Below, one piece after another: positions 29,102 to 32,000 of a DNA stretch of 32,000 nucleotides. The position numbers and the translations under genes are program-made. The first letter of the stretch is position 1; every line of letters begins with the position of its first letter. The notes below the pieces were generated by a model, which worked only from the letters and a program-made list of their open reading frames with translations, was not told the origin of the DNA and ran no database searches. Source of the DNA: Nitrosospira multiformis ATCC 25196 (GTDB lineage: Bacteria > Pseudomonadota > Gammaproteobacteria > Burkholderiales > Nitrosomonadaceae); NCBI RefSeq assembly GCF_000196355.1, contig NC_007614.1:240001-272000 (forward strand), written 5' to 3'.

Positions 29102-31420
29102 ATGTTTAGAAAACCTACATTACAGGCCCTTGCCGTTGCCAGTCTGCTCGCTCACACTCAGGTTGGATGTCAACAGCTACCTCCAGAGAAAATCGACAAT
29201 CGAATGAGCGATTGGGCAGAGCCGACAGCCGCCGAACAGATTCCCGTCACGCCGGCGAATGGAGCCATAGTGAAACAGAACCCGCCGGATTTTGACTGGC
29301 GGCGCATAAACCTTTCCGCAGAGTACGTACTGGTGCTACAGCATGAAGGGGGAAAACGTTATGAGTGGCGGACTCCGCGGAATTGGTACTTGCCCTCCGC
29401 CAGTCTGCCGCCAGGTAAATACTCCTGGCAAGTTCGTCCGATTGGACCGGGAAGCGGAGTCGGCGAGAGCGCTTGGCGCCGATTCACAATATCCGAGGAT
29501 GCGATACCATTCGTTGTACCGGATAACGAAGATTTGTTGCGGGAATTACGAAACAAACCCCGGCCTCGTAGTTTCGTGCGTGGTAAGGATGAAAGCAAGT
29601 CGCGTTCACTCGTGCAGAGTGAGCGAAGCAATGTAGTGGCCACCGTGAAAAATCAGGTGAAAAAAAAGATGGCTCAGCCCGCACTTGCCGCACCCCCGAA
29701 ACTAGTTGACCGCAAAGTCGGCAAGGGGGCAGGCTGGGCGAATTCCTTATTTGCCATCCGAAACTATGTATCAGGAGAAGCGTATCAACTCAGGGCCACG
29801 GCTTTCCTCTGGCAGCTTAATCACGATCCGGCGCTGCTGGCAGAGGCATTGAGAACCGGCGATGCACTTGCTGCACTGGACCCGAACGGTCCTACAGGAC
29901 ATAAATCCCAGGATCAGGCATCCCGCGATATCGCAATTGGACTTGCCTCAGCCTTCGATTGGCTGGGAGATGCAGTACCCGCGGAATCCCAGCAGCTATG
30001 GCTAAAAGCCATCGCAGCGCGAGGCCAAGCAATCTATGACGACCTTCTGGGCGGGCAAAGGCGCTTCGAGTTGGCACGCTACGATTCGCACGGATGGACA
30101 AATCTGGGGTATCTCGCCGATCTTTCCGCGCTAATGGTTGGGACCCTACCGGTGGCTGATAACTGGTTTAATGATTCCTTCCGTTTTTATATTCATACCG
30201 TGAGCCCATGGGGGGGCGAGGAAGGAGGGTGGGCGAACAGTTCGGCTTACGCCATATGGTCGCTTAACTTGGGTATCATTCCGCGCTGGGACTCGATTCG
30301 GGCCGCGACGGGAATCAATATCTATAAGAAACCCTGGTCTCAGGGACTTCTCAAGTACTTTGTATATTTCGAGCCTCCCTCTTCACCCATCCAGCTTTTT
30401 GGGGATGGCGCAGAGATGCCTCCCGACTTCAGCCAGATTAAGGGCTACGCTTCGCGGCAGGATAGTCCGCTGGCCGCGTGGTACTTTCTCAATATTGATA
30501 AAAGAGAATATCCCCTACAGGTCTTGGAAGCCCCGATTCCTCTTCCGGTGGAAGGAATCAAACCTGAGCCACCTCGAGCAAATTCAATCGCTTTTCACGA
30601 TATAGGATGGGTGGCGATGCATAGCGCAATAGTCGATCCATTGAGAACATCCGTTTATTTCCGGTCAAGCCCATACGCGGCGTTTGGCCACAGCCACGCC
30701 GATAACAATTCTTTTGTCCTCGTATCCAGAGATGAGCCATTGCTGATCGCTAGCGGATACTACGACTGGGAAGGTTCTCCTCACTGGAAACAATGGTATT
30801 GGCAAACCAAGGCTCACAATGCCATCACTTTTGATGGAGGAAAAGGTCAAGCAGAGAAAACAGGTTCGGGAAAGATGACTGCAAAGGGACAATTGACGGA
30901 ATTCCAGAGTAACGGGAAAGTGGATTTCACGGAAGGAGATGCAACCCCGGCCTATGAGGGTGCCTTGCAACAGGCTAGAAGGCGTCTGTGGTACTTGCGG
31001 AATAAAAATGTGCTCATCATCCATGATTCCTTGCGCTCTGCCACTCCACGTCAGTTCGAGTGGAATATACATGCTCTCAACCCATTCGAGATCAAGGAAC
31101 CGGGATCAATCGAGGTCAAGCAGAAGGCCGCGCGCGCCTGTATCAACATGCTGCAGCCGCACGCCATTGAATTCGCGCAGAACAACAGATTTGACGCTCC
31201 TCCTCAAATACCTCCCTCGCGAAATGAAAATGACCAAGGTGGTGCACGCACGACCAATGATCAGTGGCATGGACGTTTCCAGACGAAAGAGCGAATGGCT
31301 GCCGTAGAGTTTCTGGCCGTAGTGGATATAGACTGTAAGAATATTCCGATAGAGATGGGAAATTTTGAAAGTAATCGGAAGATCAAGGTGGGGGACGAGA
31401 GCATTCATGTTGCCCGATAA
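29102..31420 (+). CDS. DUF4962 / heparinase II/III-like family polysaccharide-lyase-like lipoprotein
   Basis: Signal peptide with a Cys near residue 23, early VTPANGAIVKQNPPDFDWRR...YVLVLQ..GG..YEW domain, RDIAIGLASAFDWLGDA, and heparinase-like FGHSHADNNSFVLVSRDEPLLIASGYYDW...KTKAHNAITFDG. Confidence 0.82.
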   Translation: MFRKPTLQALAVASLLAHTQVGCQQLPPEKIDNRMSDWAEPTAAEQIPVTPANGAIVKQNPPDFDWRRINLSAEYVLVLQHEGGKRYEWRTPRNWYLPSASLPPGKYSWQVRPIGPGSGVGESAWRRFTISEDAIPFVVPDNEDLLRELRNKPRPRSFVRGKDESKSRSLVQSERSNVVATVKNQVKKKMAQPALAAPPKLVDRKVGKGAGWANSLFAIRNYVSGEAYQLRATAFLWQLNHDPALLAEALRTGDALAALDPNGPTGHKSQDQASRDIAIGLASAFDWLGDAVPAESQQLWLKAIAARGQAIYDDLLGGQRRFELARYDSHGWTNLGYLADLSALMVGTLPVADNWFNDSFRFYIHTVSPWGGEEGGWANSSAYAIWSLNLGIIPRWDSIRAATGINIYKKPWSQGLLKYFVYFEPPSSPIQLFGDGAEMPPDFSQIKGYASRQDSPLAAWYFLNIDKREYPLQVLEAPIPLPVEGIKPEPPRANSIAFHDIGWVAMHSAIVDPLRTSVYFRSSPYAAFGHSHADNNSFVLVSRDEPLLIASGYYDWEGSPHWKQWYWQTKAHNAITFDGGKGQAEKTGSGKMTAKGQLTEFQSNGKVDFTEGDATPAYEGALQQARRRLWYLRNKNVLIIHDSLRSATPRQFEWNIHALNPFEIKEPGSIEVKQKAARACINMLQPHAIEFAQNNRFDAPPQIPPSRNENDQGGARTTNDQWHGRFQTKERMAAVEFLAVVDIDCKNIPIEMGNFESNRKIKVGDESIHVAR

Positions 31421-31672
31421 AGCAAGCAGTGTGAGCTACTGTTTTATCCCTGAGATAGATATCAAGCCTGTAGAAATGAAATTGCGGCAAACAGTACTGA
31501 CCTTTCTCCATGTATACATGCCCTATATCCTATCGGGGCTACCTTACTGTTGCAAATACACGAGACTTTGGGTAACGGAAAACCTCCTTAAATAGAGAAC
31601 TGGTAAGATTTATGCTTGAGAAATAGTGCTCTAATCAAGAGGCAGCATTGAGCAATCCAAAATGGAGGCAAA

Positions 31673-32000
31673 ATGCAGAATCCCCGTAGAATTTGCGTGG
31701 CTGATCCTAATCATCGCTTAAGTCAAAAAAGATTTACCAGAAATTCCAGAGACATATTTATTTGTCCTGATTGTGGCTGCATCATGGCTGATGTTGACTT
31801 CGATCATGATCAATATGAGTCTGGAGATTACTATACCATGCAGCATAAAACAGTACAAAGTATCGAGGAAGTATGGGGATTCAGATGGCGCTATATTCTA
31901 GATCAGATTTTGAAAATTAATGGGCGTTCATCCTTGCTCGATGTGGGTGCGGGCAATGGATATTTTGTGGCTTTAGCTTCGAGAGAATTTTCTTTTGATG
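31673..32000 (+). CDS. Class I SAM-dependent methyltransferase with N-terminal Cys pair (truncated at window end)
   Basis: My translation from ATG 31673: MQNPRRICVADPNHRL...IFICPDCGCIMADVDF...SSLLDVGAGNGYFVALA (SAM motif I). Open at the window end, so absent from the ORF track. Confidence 0.78.
   Translation, partial: MQNPRRICVADPNHRLSQKRFTRNSRDIFICPDCGCIMADVDFDHDQYESGDYYTMQHKTVQSIEEVWGFRWRYILDQILKINGRSSLLDVGAGNGYFVALASREFSFD

Overview
This window looks like a betaproteobacterial chromosome segment. The gene families resemble ammonia-oxidizer or methylotroph-type genomes; that taxonomic guess is inference only. From left to right:
- The 3' end of pyrE, an LEA-type-2 lipoprotein gene on the minus strand, and RNase P RNA (rnpB).
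- A His/Cys-rich single-pass membrane protein.
- A compact minus-strand cassette encoding a fatty acyl-AMP ligase, an NAD-dependent epimerase/reductase, an acyl carrier protein and an alpha-oxoamine synthase (serine palmitoyltransferase-like). This matches the core gene set of bacterial ceramide/sphingolipid synthesis.
- A SpoIIAA/STAS-like protein and a Rieske oxygenase.
- An xseB-ispA-dxs-folE2 run.
- A tRNA-Pro/Arg/His cluster.
- A large exosortase B (XrtB/EpsH)-type exopolysaccharide locus: epsA, epsB, epsL, epsD, epsE, epsF, epsG, xrtB/epsH, epsI, then flippase, polymerase/ligase, glycosyltransferase, a heparinase/DUF4962-like lipoprotein and a partial methyltransferase.
The most noteworthy items are the putative sphingolipid cassette and the XrtB EPS locus, which has a divergent VanZ-like gene but no recognisable PEP-CTERM substrate in the window. 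No CRISPR array, transposon or phage module was recognised.
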